This document shows, one piece after another, positions 30,759-42,140 of a stretch of 64,000 nt of DNA. Position numbers and translations under genes: made by a program. The notes beneath the pieces are model-generated. The model had not been told where the DNA came from and made no database searches. It saw nothing but the letters and a program-made list of their open reading frames with translations. Location: NCBI RefSeq assembly GCF_041886205.1, contig NZ_CP169029.1; one strand, given 5' to 3'. This DNA is from Escherichia coli. GTDB lineage: Bacteria > Pseudomonadota > Gammaproteobacteria > Enterobacterales > Enterobacteriaceae. Positions within the stretch are counted from its first letter, which is position 1, and each line of letters begins with the position of its first letter.

Positions 30759-31967
30759 CGTCCGCGAAATTACCGACGCAATTACGCAGGCAATCAATAA
30801 ACCGGGGAGTAGCTGATACTCCCCGGTCATTTCACATATCATCAACGTCGACATAATCGGCGCGTGCGTGGTCGCCGCCAACAGTGTCGCCATCCCGGTC
30901 AATCCGAGTAAAAGTGTAATTTCTTCGCCATCAGGGAACCATAATCCCAGGCTACGACCATACAACATGCCAATGGCAAGACCGATAAATAGCGTCGGTG
31001 TAAAGACCCCACCGGGTGCGCCGGAACCGCTACTCGCCAGCACGGCACACAGTTTACAAAGGAAGATCCCGGCAATGATTATTAACAGTGGTGGGGCGGT
31101 TAAAAAGGATTGTACGGTGCTATAGCCGTTGCCCCACACTGCAGGTGTGAACAGGGAAAGCAGACCCACGATCAACCCGCCTAGTGCCAGTTGCCAGGGC
31201 GGCGCAAGTTTGAGACTCACAAATCCACGATGACAGGCGTTCATTAACGTTAACAACAGTGGTCCGCACAGACCTGCCAGCACACCTGTACTGATAATCA
31301 GCGCATAGTCACGAGCCTGAACCGTCACTGAGAGTTGTACGTTGTAGAGTAACGCGTCGCTATGATTAATCAGATTGCTAACCAGCAATGCCACGACGGC
31401 GGAAATAATCACCGGGCCGAGAGAGGCCAACATCATAGTGCCAAACAGCACTTCGGCTATAAATAAACTGCCAGCAAGCGGGGCACGATAGGCCGCAGCC
31501 ATTCCCGCCGCGGCCCCACAGGCGATCCATAATTTCCACTCCTGGCGTGGCGTAAAACGTTGGGCAAAACAGGAGGCGGCAAGGGCAGCTAAAAGAATCA
31601 TCGCACCTTCGCGACCAATTGCACTGCCGCTGGTTACTACCAGCAGAGAGGCAAGCGATTTAACCAGGCTTGCTGCGTAATCGAACTGTCCATCGGTTTG
31701 CAACGCTTCCATGTAATCGGTCGGCGCATGAGGGCGTTGTTGGGTAAATTTCTGCCAGCCCATCAGCAACAAACCCGCCGCCAGTCCGCCGAGCGCCGGA
31801 GTTAGCAACCGTCGCCAGGGGGAAAGGTTTGTCGCTGCATTGACCAGACTGCCGGAGTCATTATTGAGGAACAACCACTCCAGTAGCAGCATCGCATGAC
31901 GAAACCCGGCAACGGCAAAGGCCGCGAGAATACCGACGACTGTTGCGATAAGCAGACGGCGGAACAT
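30711..31967 (-). CDS. clcB: ClC-family voltage-gated chloride channel
   Basis: Start trimmed to ATG giving 418 aa ([11 protein letters not shown]...); polytopic membrane protein. Confidence 0.8.
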   Translation of the reverse strand: MFRRLLIATVVGILAAFAVAGFRHAMLLLEWLFLNNDSGSLVNAATNLSPWRRLLTPALGGLAAGLLLMGWQKFTQQRPHAPTDYMEALQTDGQFDYAASLVKSLASLLVVTSGSAIGREGAMILLAALAASCFAQRFTPRQEWKLWIACGAAAGMAAAYRAPLAGSLFIAEVLFGTMMLASLGPVIISAVVALLVSNLINHSDALLYNVQLSVTVQARDYALIISTGVLAGLCGPLLLTLMNACHRGFVSLKLAPPWQLALGGLIVGLLSLFTPAVWGNGYSTVQSFLTAPPLLIIIAGIFLCKLCAVLASSGSGAPGGVFTPTLFIGLAIGMLYGRSLGLWFPDGEEITLLLGLTGMATLLAATTHAPIMSTLMICEMTGEYQLLPGLLIACVIASVISRTLHRDSIYRQHTAQHS

Positions 31968-32162
31968 AGTGCGCAGATCCGGATAGATGTGTAGATGATG
32001 CATGAGCAGAAATGGGCAATGAAACACGGGCGACTATTTTGCGGCAAAAGAGGCCAGCCGCAAAAGCAGTGCGTGCTTTAAGAGATAAAAAAAACGTGAC
32101 ACTGTAACCTATTATTGCCGGATTGCGCGTAATCGTCACCATCCGGCAATATTACGGTGATC

Positions 32163-32777
32163 CTATCGAAACAGCGGTTTAACCGCGACAGGAATTAACA
32201 GTTGTGATTGCCATTGCGCCAGCGTTAAGCGAGCCAGTTCACCCAGTGCACGGTAGAAAGGGTGTTCTGCTTTTTCGATAAAAACCTCAAGAAAACGTGT
32301 TGACCACGGAAAAAGGTGCCATGCCAGCAATTCTTCGCATTCTGTCTGGCGACCATTCTCCGCCAACCACGCAGCCATCAACAGCAGTGAACCAAAATGA
32401 TCTTCCGGTTCGTTTTGCTTCATTTCAAACTGAATGCCTTTCTCGCGCATCCACTGACGAAGTGCCAATGTTGAATCGCCAAACAGCACAGATTCGCGAT
32501 CCAGCCAGACCGACCCCCACGGCGGAGACGGCAGTGCCCACGGGCCGACAAACAAACGCTGCCAGGCCTGGGCGTGAGTCTCTTCACACTGTGTCTGAAA
32601 AGCCGTCACCAGCGGCGCTAATGACGCTTCTGGTAGAGGCCACTGAGTTTCCCAGCCGTCACTGGTGAGTACCGCAACCAGAGGTGCGGCTTCCGCACTC
32701 TCTGGAGCGTAATAAAACAGCGCGCCCAACACGCGCGCCGCGACAGAAAAATTATCTTGCTGTGAAAAATGGGTCAT
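32163..32777 (-). CDS. dmsD: Tat proofreading chaperone for DMSO-reductase-family enzymes
   Basis: Start trimmed to ATG giving 204 aa (MTHFSQQDNF...); adjacent to the ynfEFGH operon. Confidence 0.85.
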   Translation of the reverse strand: MTHFSQQDNFSVAARVLGALFYYAPESAEAAPLVAVLTSDGWETQWPLPEASLAPLVTAFQTQCEETHAQAWQRLFVGPWALPSPPWGSVWLDRESVLFGDSTLALRQWMREKGIQFEMKQNEPEDHFGSLLLMAAWLAENGRQTECEELLAWHLFPWSTRFLEVFIEKAEHPFYRALGELARLTLAQWQSQLLIPVAVKPLFR

Positions 32778-32819
32778 TCCTAACATCCTGAAATGTGCGG
32801 GTTGCCCCGCACCAATTTG

Positions 32820-33674
32820 TTAACCTGCAATAGCCATTCCTACTGTCATGTGCAGGCCATAAAAGAGCACACGCCCGATCATCTCACCGCCAAGTATGAG
32901 GATTAGCCCCAGAATAAGTCCGGCAACGTGAGGTTCACGGCGACGAATGAGCGGGCAAAGCCAGCATCCAAGACCTGCGCATAACAATACCACACGCCAG
33001 ACCTGTAAGGAGGCGTAATCTGGTACCAGTGCGCTGGCTTGTTGCACGGATGAGTGAATAGACGCCAGAGACAAACCTTGCAGCACAATCACCCCGGCAC
33101 AAGCGATCAGCGCCAGAACGCTAATGATGGCAAATGGTGTGGTATTAAATGTAACGCGAGCTGCCCGCAGAATTGCGGCAGCAAGTATTGGACCGCTCAA
33201 CAATACCGTCAGGAAGAAAGCCAGCGTAGTGTAACCGTTATGCCAGGTTGGCACGGTGTCGATTTGATACACGCAGGTCATCATCCAGACGAAAATGACG
33301 CCGAGCGCCATGCTGAAAAGTAACCAGAGTTTCCCCAACGCTTGCGGCATTTTACCGATGACTGCCACCAGCCACCATAATCCGCCAACGGCAAAAAATA
33401 TGGAACCGGCAGCAATCTCGTTACTCAGACCAGAAGCTCCGATTCGATTCAGCGAGTTAAACGCCCGCAGTGGCGATCCCAGGTGCATGACAGAGGCAAT
33501 AAACCCGACGCCCATCAACAGCCAGAGGAAAAACATGCCACGGACAATACGCTGACGGTCTGCGTCATTTTTGGCGGCGAACCAGCCAATTCCGCTAACA
33601 ATCAGCGCGCCTACTACGCATTGACCCAATACGGTAAAGATAACCAGTGGCCACTCATGCCATCCATTTCCCAT
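32820..33674 (-). CDS. ynfH: DmsC-like membrane anchor subunit of a DMSO-reductase paralogue
   Basis: Long ORF trimmed to the ATG just downstream of ynfG (MGNGWHEWPLV...), 284 aa, multi-TM. Confidence 0.85.
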   Translation of the reverse strand: MGNGWHEWPLVIFTVLGQCVVGALIVSGIGWFAAKNDADRQRIVRGMFFLWLLMGVGFIASVMHLGSPLRAFNSLNRIGASGLSNEIAAGSIFFAVGGLWWLVAVIGKMPQALGKLWLLFSMALGVIFVWMMTCVYQIDTVPTWHNGYTTLAFFLTVLLSGPILAAAILRAARVTFNTTPFAIISVLALIACAGVIVLQGLSLASIHSSVQQASALVPDYASLQVWRVVLLCAGLGCWLCPLIRRREPHVAGLILGLILILGGEMIGRVLFYGLHMTVGMAIAG

Positions 33675-33675
33675 T

Positions 33676-34293
33676 TTACACTTCCTCCGGATTAGCCAGA
33701 TAACCAGTGGTATCGCCGGTCGGGCGGCTGTTGGCGTTAGGTTTGATAACGATATTGGGTTTTGTGAAATGCGCGCGCGGCAGTGGCGCGACGGCAGCAA
33801 GAGTGCCGTGCTTCTGGCGCAGCTCTTCAATTGGACCGAACTCAAGTGCACGCAGCGGGCAGGATTCGACACATATGGGTTGTTTCCCCTCGGCGACGCG
33901 CGAATAACAACCATCGCACTTCGTCATGTGCCCTTTTTCAGCATTGTACTGTGGCGCGCCGTACGGACAAGCCATGTGGCAGTAGCGGCAGCCGATACAA
34001 ACATCTTCATCAACCACCACAAAGCCATCTTCACGCTTATGCATTGCGCCGCTGGGGCAGACTTTTGTACATGCGGGGTCATCGCAATGGTTACAGGAGA
34101 TGGAGAGATAATAAGCGAACACGTTCTGGTGCCAGACGCCATTATCTTCCTGCCAGTCGCCGCCAGCGTATTCATAAATACGGCGGAAACTGACTTCCGG
34201 GCCAAGATCTTTAAAATCTTTGCACGCCAGTTCGCAGGTTTTACAGCCAGTACAGCGGCTGGAATCGATAAAAAATCCATATTGTGTGGTCAT
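33676..34293 (-). CDS. ynfG: DmsB-like 4Fe-4S ferredoxin subunit
   Basis: 205-aa ORF with four CxxCxxCxxxCP ferredoxin motifs. Confidence 0.9.
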   Translation of the reverse strand: MTTQYGFFIDSSRCTGCKTCELACKDFKDLGPEVSFRRIYEYAGGDWQEDNGVWHQNVFAYYLSISCNHCDDPACTKVCPSGAMHKREDGFVVVDEDVCIGCRYCHMACPYGAPQYNAEKGHMTKCDGCYSRVAEGKQPICVESCPLRALEFGPIEELRQKHGTLAAVAPLPRAHFTKPNIVIKPNANSRPTGDTTGYLANPEEV

Positions 34294-34303
34294 GGGCTAC
34301 TCC

Positions 34304-36727
34304 TTAAACCTTTTCGATCTGGACAAGATTGCTGTGCGACGGGTTTCCCTTTGCCAGCGGTGAAGGGCGGTGAGAGGTCAGAATATTGATACTGCCGCCG
34401 TGATCGACCCGGTCACCAAACATATCCGCTTTAAGCCACGCACCTTGCCCGATGGCGGTAACGCCAGGCAGAATACGCGGAGTCACTTTTGCGGCAATCA
34501 GCATTTCTCCATTATTGTTAAATACCCGCACGGTATCGCCATGACGGATACCGCGTGCCTGAGCATCAATGGGGTTGATCCACACCTCTTGTGGGCAGGC
34601 CTGCTGTAACACATCAATATTGCCGTAGCTGGAGTGGGTACGCGCTTTGTAATGGAAGCCCGTTAACTGCAGTGGATAGGTTTTCCGCAGGGGATCGTCC
34701 CAGCCATCAAAACCTGGGGTATACGCAGGAAGGGGATGAATAATTTCATCTTTTTTCAATTCCCAGGTATCTGCAATCTTCGCCAGTCGTTCAGAATAAA
34801 TTTCGATTTTCCCCGAAGGTGTTTTCAACGGGTTTGCCTGTGGATCTTCACGGAATGCGCGGAAAGCGACGTAGTGTTCTTCCGGGCATTTTTTCTTAAA
34901 GATCCCGGTCGTTTTCATCTCCTCGTAGTCGGGCATCTCAGGGTTACGTTCCTTCGTTTTCGCATGGAGATATTTGATCCATTCATGCTGACTGCGACCT
35001 TCAGTAAAGGTTTGATAAACGTCTGGTCCTAAGCGTTTGGCGACTTCACTCAGCATCCAGTAGATGGGTTTGCGTTCAAATTTTGCTGAGGTTGCGGGTT
35101 GGGCGAGGATCACATAGCCCATATTCCCTGCAGATTCATGAGAGATAAGGTCTTCTTGCTCTGTTGGCATCAGGTCGGGCAACAGGATATCGCAATACTT
35201 AGCCGAGGCCGTCATGAAGTGGTCAATGCCAACAATCATCTCGCACTTGCTGTCATCCTGAAGCACCTCATGGGTGTGATTGATGTCGCCATGTTGATTG
35301 ATCAATGTGTTACTGGCGTAGCACCATAAAAACTTGATGGGGACATCCAGTTTTTCTTTTCCACGAACACCATCACGGGTCGCGGTCATTTCCGTACCAT
35401 GGTCGATGGCATCTGTCCATGTAAAGACGGAAATCTGCGTTTTAACAGGATTCTCGAGCATCGGGAACCATTCTACCCCCAGATCCCAGCTACCTTCGCG
35501 TACGCCTGAGTTGCCGCCGTTTATGCCGACGTTGCCGGTGAGAACGGAAAGCATGGCAATAGCGCGGGATGTTTGCTCGCCGTTGGAATGTCGTTGTGGC
35601 CCCCAACCCTGACAAATATAAGCAGGTTTTGCTGAACCGATCTCTCGTGCCAACTGGATAATTTTTTCTGCCGGGATGCTGGTGATTTTTGCTGCCCATT
35701 CCGGCGTTTTAGCTATGCCGTCAGGCCCTTCGCCCAGAATATAGGCTTTATAATGCGCGTTACGTGGTGCGTTGGCGGGCAGCGTTTTTTCATCGTAACC
35801 AACACAATATTTGTCGAGAAATGGCTGATCGACCATGTTTTCAGTAATCAGTACCCAGGCAATCGCACAGGCCAGTGCGCCATCGGTGCCAGGGCGAATG
35901 GGCAGCCATTCATCTTCACGCCCGGCAGCAGTGTCGTTATAACGTGGATCGATGACGATCATGCGTGCGTTTGAACGTTCGCGGGCTTGCTCGACGTAGT
36001 AAGTGACACCACCGCCGCTCATCCGCGTTTCTGCCGGGTTATTTCCGAACATAACGACCAGTTTCGTATTGGCGATATCATCCGGGCTGTTGCCATCATT
36101 GGCACCGAACATATAACTCATTGCGGCACTGATCTGTGCGGTACTGTAGCTGCCATAGCGACTGAGAAAACCACCGCAAGAGTTCATCAGACGGTACGGG
36201 ACGTTTGAGTTGGTGATGTTTCCGCCATCTACACCTGTTCCGTACAGGACATGTACAGCCTCATTGCCGTAATCTTTTAGGATCCGCCGAAGATTATCAC
36301 TGATGGTATCCAGGGCTTCGTCCCAACTTATCCGTTCAAATTTACCTTCACCGCGCTTGCCGACGCGCTTCATGGGATATTTCAACCTATCAGGATGATT
36401 CATCCGTCGGCGGATAGAGCGCCCGCGTAAACACGCGCGAACCTGATGATTACCGTAGACGTCGTCACCTGTCGTATCAGACTCCACCCAGTACACGGTG
36501 TCATCTTTCACATGCAAACGTAACAGACAGCGGCTCCCGCAGTTAACGGTGCAGGAACTCCAGACCGCTTTCTCTTCTACCGGAACCTCTGCCGCCCGAA
36601 CCATTTGGGAAAATGGCAGAGTGAAAGCACTGCTTGCCAGCGCGAGACTGCCAAGTGCGGAGGTTTTCATCAGACTTCTACGGCTGATTTCAGCCTTCAT
36701 GAGCGCCTCTGTGGTATGGATTTTCAT
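34304..36727 (-). CDS. ynfF: molybdopterin oxidoreductase catalytic subunit, DmsA paralogue with Tat signal
   Basis: About 807-aa ORF with twin-arginine motif (SRRSLMK) and N-terminal Cys cluster; exact start (36727 or 36730) uncertain. Confidence 0.85.
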   Translation of the reverse strand: MKIHTTEALMKAEISRRSLMKTSALGSLALASSAFTLPFSQMVRAAEVPVEEKAVWSSCTVNCGSRCLLRLHVKDDTVYWVESDTTGDDVYGNHQVRACLRGRSIRRRMNHPDRLKYPMKRVGKRGEGKFERISWDEALDTISDNLRRILKDYGNEAVHVLYGTGVDGGNITNSNVPYRLMNSCGGFLSRYGSYSTAQISAAMSYMFGANDGNSPDDIANTKLVVMFGNNPAETRMSGGGVTYYVEQARERSNARMIVIDPRYNDTAAGREDEWLPIRPGTDGALACAIAWVLITENMVDQPFLDKYCVGYDEKTLPANAPRNAHYKAYILGEGPDGIAKTPEWAAKITSIPAEKIIQLAREIGSAKPAYICQGWGPQRHSNGEQTSRAIAMLSVLTGNVGINGGNSGVREGSWDLGVEWFPMLENPVKTQISVFTWTDAIDHGTEMTATRDGVRGKEKLDVPIKFLWCYASNTLINQHGDINHTHEVLQDDSKCEMIVGIDHFMTASAKYCDILLPDLMPTEQEDLISHESAGNMGYVILAQPATSAKFERKPIYWMLSEVAKRLGPDVYQTFTEGRSQHEWIKYLHAKTKERNPEMPDYEEMKTTGIFKKKCPEEHYVAFRAFREDPQANPLKTPSGKIEIYSERLAKIADTWELKKDEIIHPLPAYTPGFDGWDDPLRKTYPLQLTGFHYKARTHSSYGNIDVLQQACPQEVWINPIDAQARGIRHGDTVRVFNNNGEMLIAAKVTPRILPGVTAIGQGAWLKADMFGDRVDHGGSINILTSHRPSPLAKGNPSHSNLVQIEKV

Positions 36728-36787
36728 CATTACTCACTTATTGCTTTTCAAACAAAATGTCATGCCAGAATTTATGGTTGTAGTGGG

Positions 36788-39214
36788 TTATATTTTTTCG
36801 ATCTCGACCAGATTAGTGTGCTGCGGGTTTCCCTTCGCCAGTGGTGAAGGGCGCAGAGTGGTTAGCGTATTCACACAGCCGCCATGGTCGATTTTATCGC
36901 CAGACATATTGGCCTCGTGCCAGGCTCCCTGGCCCATAGCGCTAACTCCAGGGAGAATACGTGGTGTCACTTTGGCTGGTAGCCGAACTTCGCCACGATG
37001 GTTAAACACCCGCACCATATCGCCGTTGGCAATCCCACGTTTCTGCGCATCTATAGGGTTGATCCACACCTCCTGACGGCAGGCTGCTTTCAGGACATCA
37101 ATGTTGCCGTAGGTCGAGTGAGTACGGGATTTGTAATGGAAACCAAACAGTTGCAGTGGGAAGGTTCTACGTTCAGGGGAGTCCCAGCCTTCAAAGGTAG
37201 AGGCATAAACTGGCAGTGGGCTTATCACTTCATCTTTTTCCAGTTCCCAGGTACGGGCAATTTCCGCCAGCTTGCTGGAATAAATTTCAATCTTACCGGA
37301 AGGTGTTTTAAGTGGATTTGCCTCGGGGTCGTCACGAAATGCTTTGTAGGCGACAAAATGACCATTGGGATCTTTACGCTTATAGATACCCATTTTTTTC
37401 AGTTCGTCGTAAGACGGTAACGCCGGATCTTTGGCAAGCATTTTGGCGTACAGATGTTGTAACCATTGTTCCTGCGTGCGACCTTCAGTGAACTTTTGAT
37501 AGACGTCAGGTCCAAGACGTTTCGCGACTTCACTCAGGATCCAGTAAATCGGTTTGCGTTCGAATTTTTCGCTGGTGACAGGCTGGAGGAAAATGAGATA
37601 TCCCATGTTACCGGCGTAGTCGTTAGGAATAATATCTTCCTGCTCAACGGTCATCAGGTCTGGCAGCAGAATGTCGGCATATTTTGCCGATGAGGTCATA
37701 AAGTTTTCGATGACCACAATCATTTCGCATTTCGATTCGTCCTGCAGAATTTCATGCGTTTTGTTGATGTCAGAATGCTGATTAACGAGGGTATTTCCCG
37801 CGTAGTTCCAGATGAACTTAATGGGCACATCCAGTTTATCTTTGCCCCGGACGCCGTCGCGGATTGCCGTCATTTTGGGGCCATGATCGATAGCATCTGT
37901 CCAGCTGAAGCAGGAAATTGACGTTTTGACCGGATTATCCAGCACCGGCAGGCGCTCTATGGTAATGGTATAGGTCGATTCACGCGCGCCACTATTTCCG
38001 CCGCTGATGCCGACATTGCCCGTCAAAATAGGTAACATAGCAATAGCGCGTGCAGTCAGTTCGCCGTTTGCCTGGCGTTGTGGCCCCCAGCCCTGGCAGA
38101 TATAAGCGGGTTTTGCTGTGCCAATTTCACGCGCCAGTTTGATGATACGGTCCTCCGGGATACCGGTAATTTGCGAAGCCCACTGCGGCGTTTTCGCTGT
38201 TTTATCGTCACCTTCACCAAGAATATAGGCTTTATAGTGACCATTTTTGGGTGCATCTGCGGGTAAGGTTTTTTCGTCATAGCCGACGCAGTATTTATCG
38301 AGAAAAGGTTGATCAACGAGATTTTCGTTAATCAATACCCAGGCAATACCCGCAACCAGCGCGGCATCGGTGCCCGGGCGAATAGGGAGCCATTCGTCTT
38401 CACGACCGGCAGCCGTATCGGTATATCGCGGATCGATAACAATCATTTTGGCGTTCGATTTCTCGCGCGCTTTTTCAAGAAGATAAGTGATGCCACCACC
38501 GCTCATGCGGGTTTCTGCCGGGTTGTTACCAAACATCACGACCAGCTTGCTGTTTTCAATATCCGTGGTGCTGTTGCCATCATTACTGCCGTAGGTGTAG
38601 GGCATGGCACAGGAAATTTGCGCAGTGCTGTAGGAGCCATACTGGTTGAGTGAACCGCCGTAGCAGTTCATCAGGCGTTTGACCGCCGAGGCTGATGGCG
38701 AAGAGCGGGTCATATTGCCGCCAACGATCCCCGAAGAGTACTGAATATATACAGCCTCATTGCCATATTGTTCGACGGTTTTCTTCAGGCTACTGGCGAT
38801 AGTATCCAGGGCTTCATCCCAGCTAATCCGTTCGAATTTGCCTTCGCCGCGTTTGCCCACGCGTTTCATTGGGTAATTCAAGCGATCGGGATGATTAATA
38901 CGCCGGCGGATGGAGCGACCGCGCAAACAGGCGCGTACCTGATGGTTGCCGTACTCATCGCTGCCGGTATTGTCAGTTTCCACCCAGGTCACTTCATTAT
39001 CTTTAACATGTAGACGAAGTGCACAGCGGCTACCACAGTTGACGGAACAGGCACCCCAGACCACTTTTTCGCGGGCCTGTTGTACCGATGCTGCTGCATT
39101 GCGCAGGGTAAACGGCAAAGAAAAACCGCCTGCAGCCAGCGCCAGAGAACCTATCGCGGTAGATTTAACGAGTGTTCTGCGGCTGATGCCCACCATTCGT
39201 TCATTTTTGGACAT
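36788..39214 (-). CDS. ynfE: molybdopterin oxidoreductase catalytic subunit, DmsA paralogue with Tat signal
   Basis: 808-aa ORF with twin-arginine motif (SRRTLVK); tandem paralogue of ynfF. Confidence 0.9.
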   Translation of the reverse strand: MSKNERMVGISRRTLVKSTAIGSLALAAGGFSLPFTLRNAAASVQQAREKVVWGACSVNCGSRCALRLHVKDNEVTWVETDNTGSDEYGNHQVRACLRGRSIRRRINHPDRLNYPMKRVGKRGEGKFERISWDEALDTIASSLKKTVEQYGNEAVYIQYSSGIVGGNMTRSSPSASAVKRLMNCYGGSLNQYGSYSTAQISCAMPYTYGSNDGNSTTDIENSKLVVMFGNNPAETRMSGGGITYLLEKAREKSNAKMIVIDPRYTDTAAGREDEWLPIRPGTDAALVAGIAWVLINENLVDQPFLDKYCVGYDEKTLPADAPKNGHYKAYILGEGDDKTAKTPQWASQITGIPEDRIIKLAREIGTAKPAYICQGWGPQRQANGELTARAIAMLPILTGNVGISGGNSGARESTYTITIERLPVLDNPVKTSISCFSWTDAIDHGPKMTAIRDGVRGKDKLDVPIKFIWNYAGNTLVNQHSDINKTHEILQDESKCEMIVVIENFMTSSAKYADILLPDLMTVEQEDIIPNDYAGNMGYLIFLQPVTSEKFERKPIYWILSEVAKRLGPDVYQKFTEGRTQEQWLQHLYAKMLAKDPALPSYDELKKMGIYKRKDPNGHFVAYKAFRDDPEANPLKTPSGKIEIYSSKLAEIARTWELEKDEVISPLPVYASTFEGWDSPERRTFPLQLFGFHYKSRTHSTYGNIDVLKAACRQEVWINPIDAQKRGIANGDMVRVFNHRGEVRLPAKVTPRILPGVSAMGQGAWHEANMSGDKIDHGGCVNTLTTLRPSPLAKGNPQHTNLVEIEKI

Positions 39215-39412
39215 AACTCACTCCCTGTTCTTTATCGTTATATAAAAGTTTATATATTGAATATTTAGCGCGCTAACAATAGAGGGAGTCTACCCATTTT
39301 GGGTTAAGAATTATTAATCCATATCAATAGAAGGGTATGAGTAATAAGGTGGGATTATGTTGTATGTTCAAATCGCCGGATTTGTCATATCCGGCGTTCA
39401 GTCGATAATGTG

Positions 39413-39718
39413 TTACTGCGGTTCGGCAGGCGCGCCATCCTGGCTAGACTGCGCGGGAGCAGAGACGTTACCGCTGGTGGTGCGGGTATAGAGAATTTTA
39501 TGCGTATCATTAGCGCAATGGCCGACGACCTGGGAATCAGGCTGATCAACCTGGTCATTGGGTACAATACTTAACGTGAAGCTGCTTTCGGGTACGCCAT
39601 TATTGATAATGCGCTGTGATATATCGCTCTGTATGCGCTCACAGGATCCCGGCGCGGCGAGTACCGCGGGTGAGGCGAGGGCGAGCAGAAGCGCGGCACA
39701 GCAGGTTGAGAGTTTCAT
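39413..39718 (-). CDS. ynfD: small secreted DUF1161 protein
   Basis: Start trimmed to give 101 aa with signal peptide (MKLSTCCAALLLALASPAVLA). Confidence 0.75.
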   Translation of the reverse strand: MKLSTCCAALLLALASPAVLAAPGSCERIQSDISQRIINNGVPESSFTLSIVPNDQVDQPDSQVVGHCANDTHKILYTRTTSGNVSAPAQSSQDGAPAEPQ

Positions 39719-39825
39719 CATAAGCTCCTTACGCGAAGATAACTTCTTTAAGCATAGCATTTAACGTGTAAAGTACTGTATTTGCTACTATGATTGAGAA
39801 TCATCTCTACTCTCTGGTGACTGTT

Positions 39826-40536
39826 GTGAAATACAAATTACTACCATGCTTACTCGCGATATTCCTCACAGGATGTGACCGCACAGAGGTAACACTTTCA
39901 TTTACCCCTGAGATGGCCAGTTTCTCTAATGAATTCGATTTTGATCCGCTGCGTGGTCCGGTAAAAGATTTCACTCAGACATTAATGGATGAGCAAGGTG
40001 AAGTGACGAAACGTGTTTCTGGGACTTTGTCGGAAGAAGGCTGTTTTGATTCACTCGAATTACTGGATCTGGAAAATAATACCGTGGTCGCTCTGGTACT
40101 GGACGCCAATTATTACCGTGATGCCGAGACGCTGGAGAAGAGAGTACGTTTACAGGGAAAATGCCAGCTAGCAGAATTACCTTCTGCCGGGGTGAGTTGG
40201 GAAACCGATGATAATGGCTTCGTGATTAAAGCCAGCAGCAAACAAATGCAGATGGAATATCGCTATGATGATCAGGGTTATCCGCTGGGTAAAACCACGA
40301 AAAGTAACGACAAAACATTATCTGTCAGCGCCACGCCATCAACGGATCCGATCAAAAAATTAGATTACACAGCGGTTACTTTACTGAATAATCAACGGGT
40401 TGGTAATGTAAAACAGAGCTGTGAATATGACAGTCACGCTAATCCGGTGGACTGTCAGCTAATCATTGTTGATGAAGGAGTAAAACCCGCCGTCGAACGG
40501 GTTTACACCATCAAAAATACGATCGATTATTATTAA
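39826..40536 (+). CDS. ynfC: UPF0257-family lipoprotein
   Basis: GTG start chosen to give 236 aa with lipobox (LTGC). Confidence 0.7.
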   Translation: MKYKLLPCLLAIFLTGCDRTEVTLSFTPEMASFSNEFDFDPLRGPVKDFTQTLMDEQGEVTKRVSGTLSEEGCFDSLELLDLENNTVVALVLDANYYRDAETLEKRVRLQGKCQLAELPSAGVSWETDDNGFVIKASSKQMQMEYRYDDQGYPLGKTTKSNDKTLSVSATPSTDPIKKLDYTAVTLLNNQRVGNVKQSCEYDSHANPVDCQLIIVDEGVKPAVERVYTIKNTIDYY

Positions 40537-40538
40537 TG

Positions 40539-41099
40539 CTATTGTGCGGTCGGCTTCAGGAGAGTCTGACCCGGTGTTTTGTGCTCTGCCAGATACTGAT
40601 GCTGGAATATACACATGCGAATGGCATTACGATATTGACCATTAATAAAGAACTCGTGCATCAATTCACCTTCAACCGAAAAGCCAAGCTTGCGGTAAAT
40701 GTGAATCGCTTTTTCATTCTCTTTATCAACGATCAGATACAGCTTATAGAGATTGAGAACGGTGAAGCCATAGTCCATTGCTAATTTGGCGGCACGGGTT
40801 GCCAGACCTTTCCCCTGATACTCCGGGGAGATAATTATCTGAAATTCTGCGCGGCGATGAACATGGTTAATTTCCACCAGCTCCACCAGACCGGCTTTTT
40901 CGCCGTCACATTCCACCACAAAGCGCCGTTCGCTCTGATCGTGAATATGCTTATCATACAGATCAGAGAGTTCAACAAAGGCTTCGTAGGGTTCCTCAAA
41001 CCAGTAACGCATCACACTGGCGTTATTGTCGAGTTGATGTACATAGCGTAAATCTTCACGCTCCAGCGGGCGTAGCTTAACACTGTGGGCGCTTGGCAT
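40539..41099 (-). CDS. speG: spermidine N1-acetyltransferase (GNAT)
   Basis: 186-aa GNAT-fold ORF recognised as SpeG. Confidence 0.9.
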   Translation of the reverse strand: MPSAHSVKLRPLEREDLRYVHQLDNNASVMRYWFEEPYEAFVELSDLYDKHIHDQSERRFVVECDGEKAGLVELVEINHVHRRAEFQIIISPEYQGKGLATRAAKLAMDYGFTVLNLYKLYLIVDKENEKAIHIYRKLGFSVEGELMHEFFINGQYRNAIRMCIFQHQYLAEHKTPGQTLLKPTAQ

Positions 41100-41133
41100 A
41101 ACGTGTCCTTACATTCCTTAAATCAATAACAGG

Positions 41134-41475
41134 TTAGGGGGTAATAACGCGGCCAGTTCGACGGTCCAGGCAGCGCAAAGTATTTGGCTCCCAGTAGGCA
41201 TTGATGTTGGCGCTTTGCTCGCATTTATCGCGGTTATCAAAAGCGGCGTCGGCTTTATCCCACTCTTTTTCAGTGCGTTTATTCACTTTCTGGCGCAGAT
41301 TGCGCGTGTCATTCCATTGCTCTTTTTCCATAGCGGCGTGCTGGCGACTTTGTGCACTGTCGCCAGACTCAATCACCAGTTTGTTAGTTTCGGCATGAAC
41401 AGTTGTGCTCAATGCCAGTGCGCAAGGCAGCAGAAAAGCGAGCAGGCCGATTCGTTTGCTGAGAGTGATTTTCAT
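41134..41475 (-). CDS. ynfB: small secreted DUF1283 protein
   Basis: 113-aa ORF with signal peptide; K-12 synteny. Confidence 0.75.
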
Positions 41476-41609
41476 AATTCATTCCCTGTATGAATGATTA
41501 AAGGTGATTCTACACCATCCACTGCGAACGCAAAACGTACCAGGTGGGTGTTTATATTGATGATATTATGTCGCCCTATAACTATACATGATGTCAATAA
41601 GTGACAAAG

Positions 41610-41936
41610 ATGATTAAAACAACGTTACTATTTTTTGCTACTGCGCTGTGTGAAATTATTGGATGCTTTCTGCCCTGGTTGTGGTTAAAACGAAACGCCA
41701 GTATCTGGCTGTTGCTTCCGGCGGGGATTTCACTGGCGCTGTTTGTCTGGTTGTTAACGTTGCATCCAGCGGCGAGTGGGCGTGTTTACGCGGCTTATGG
41801 TGGCGTTTATGTCTGCACGGCGTTGATGTGGCTGCGCGTTGTGGATGGCGTGAAACTGACTCTTTATGACTGGACGGGTGCGTTGATTGCGCTTTGCGGC
41901 ATGTTGATCATTGTTGCGGGCTGGGGGCGCACGTAG
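41610..41936 (+). CDS. ynfA: UPF0060-family small inner membrane protein
   Basis: Start trimmed to give 108 aa; four hydrophobic helices. Confidence 0.75.
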
Positions 41937-42140
41937 GAACATAAATCCATTTTATCAATAAGATAAGAGGAAGTGTCAGCTGACAAAAGGTATTCTATTT
42001 CATCTTTTGTCAACCATTCACAGCGCAAATATACGCTTTTTTTGTGATCACTCCGGCTTTTTTCAATCTTCATACTTGTATGGTAGTAGCTCAGATGCGT
42101 AGATTTCATGCATCACGACAAGCGATGCAAGGAATCGAAC

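Noticed and set aside
33769-34389. Plus-strand ORFs of 136-206 aa opposite ynfG
   Set aside because: Antisense to the ferredoxin gene, whose Cys-rich motifs clearly define the true frame
34304-39214. ynfE/ynfF near-duplicate as a possible assembly artefact
   Set aside because: Both copies have distinct N-termini and intact frames, and the tandem pair is a known feature of E. coli
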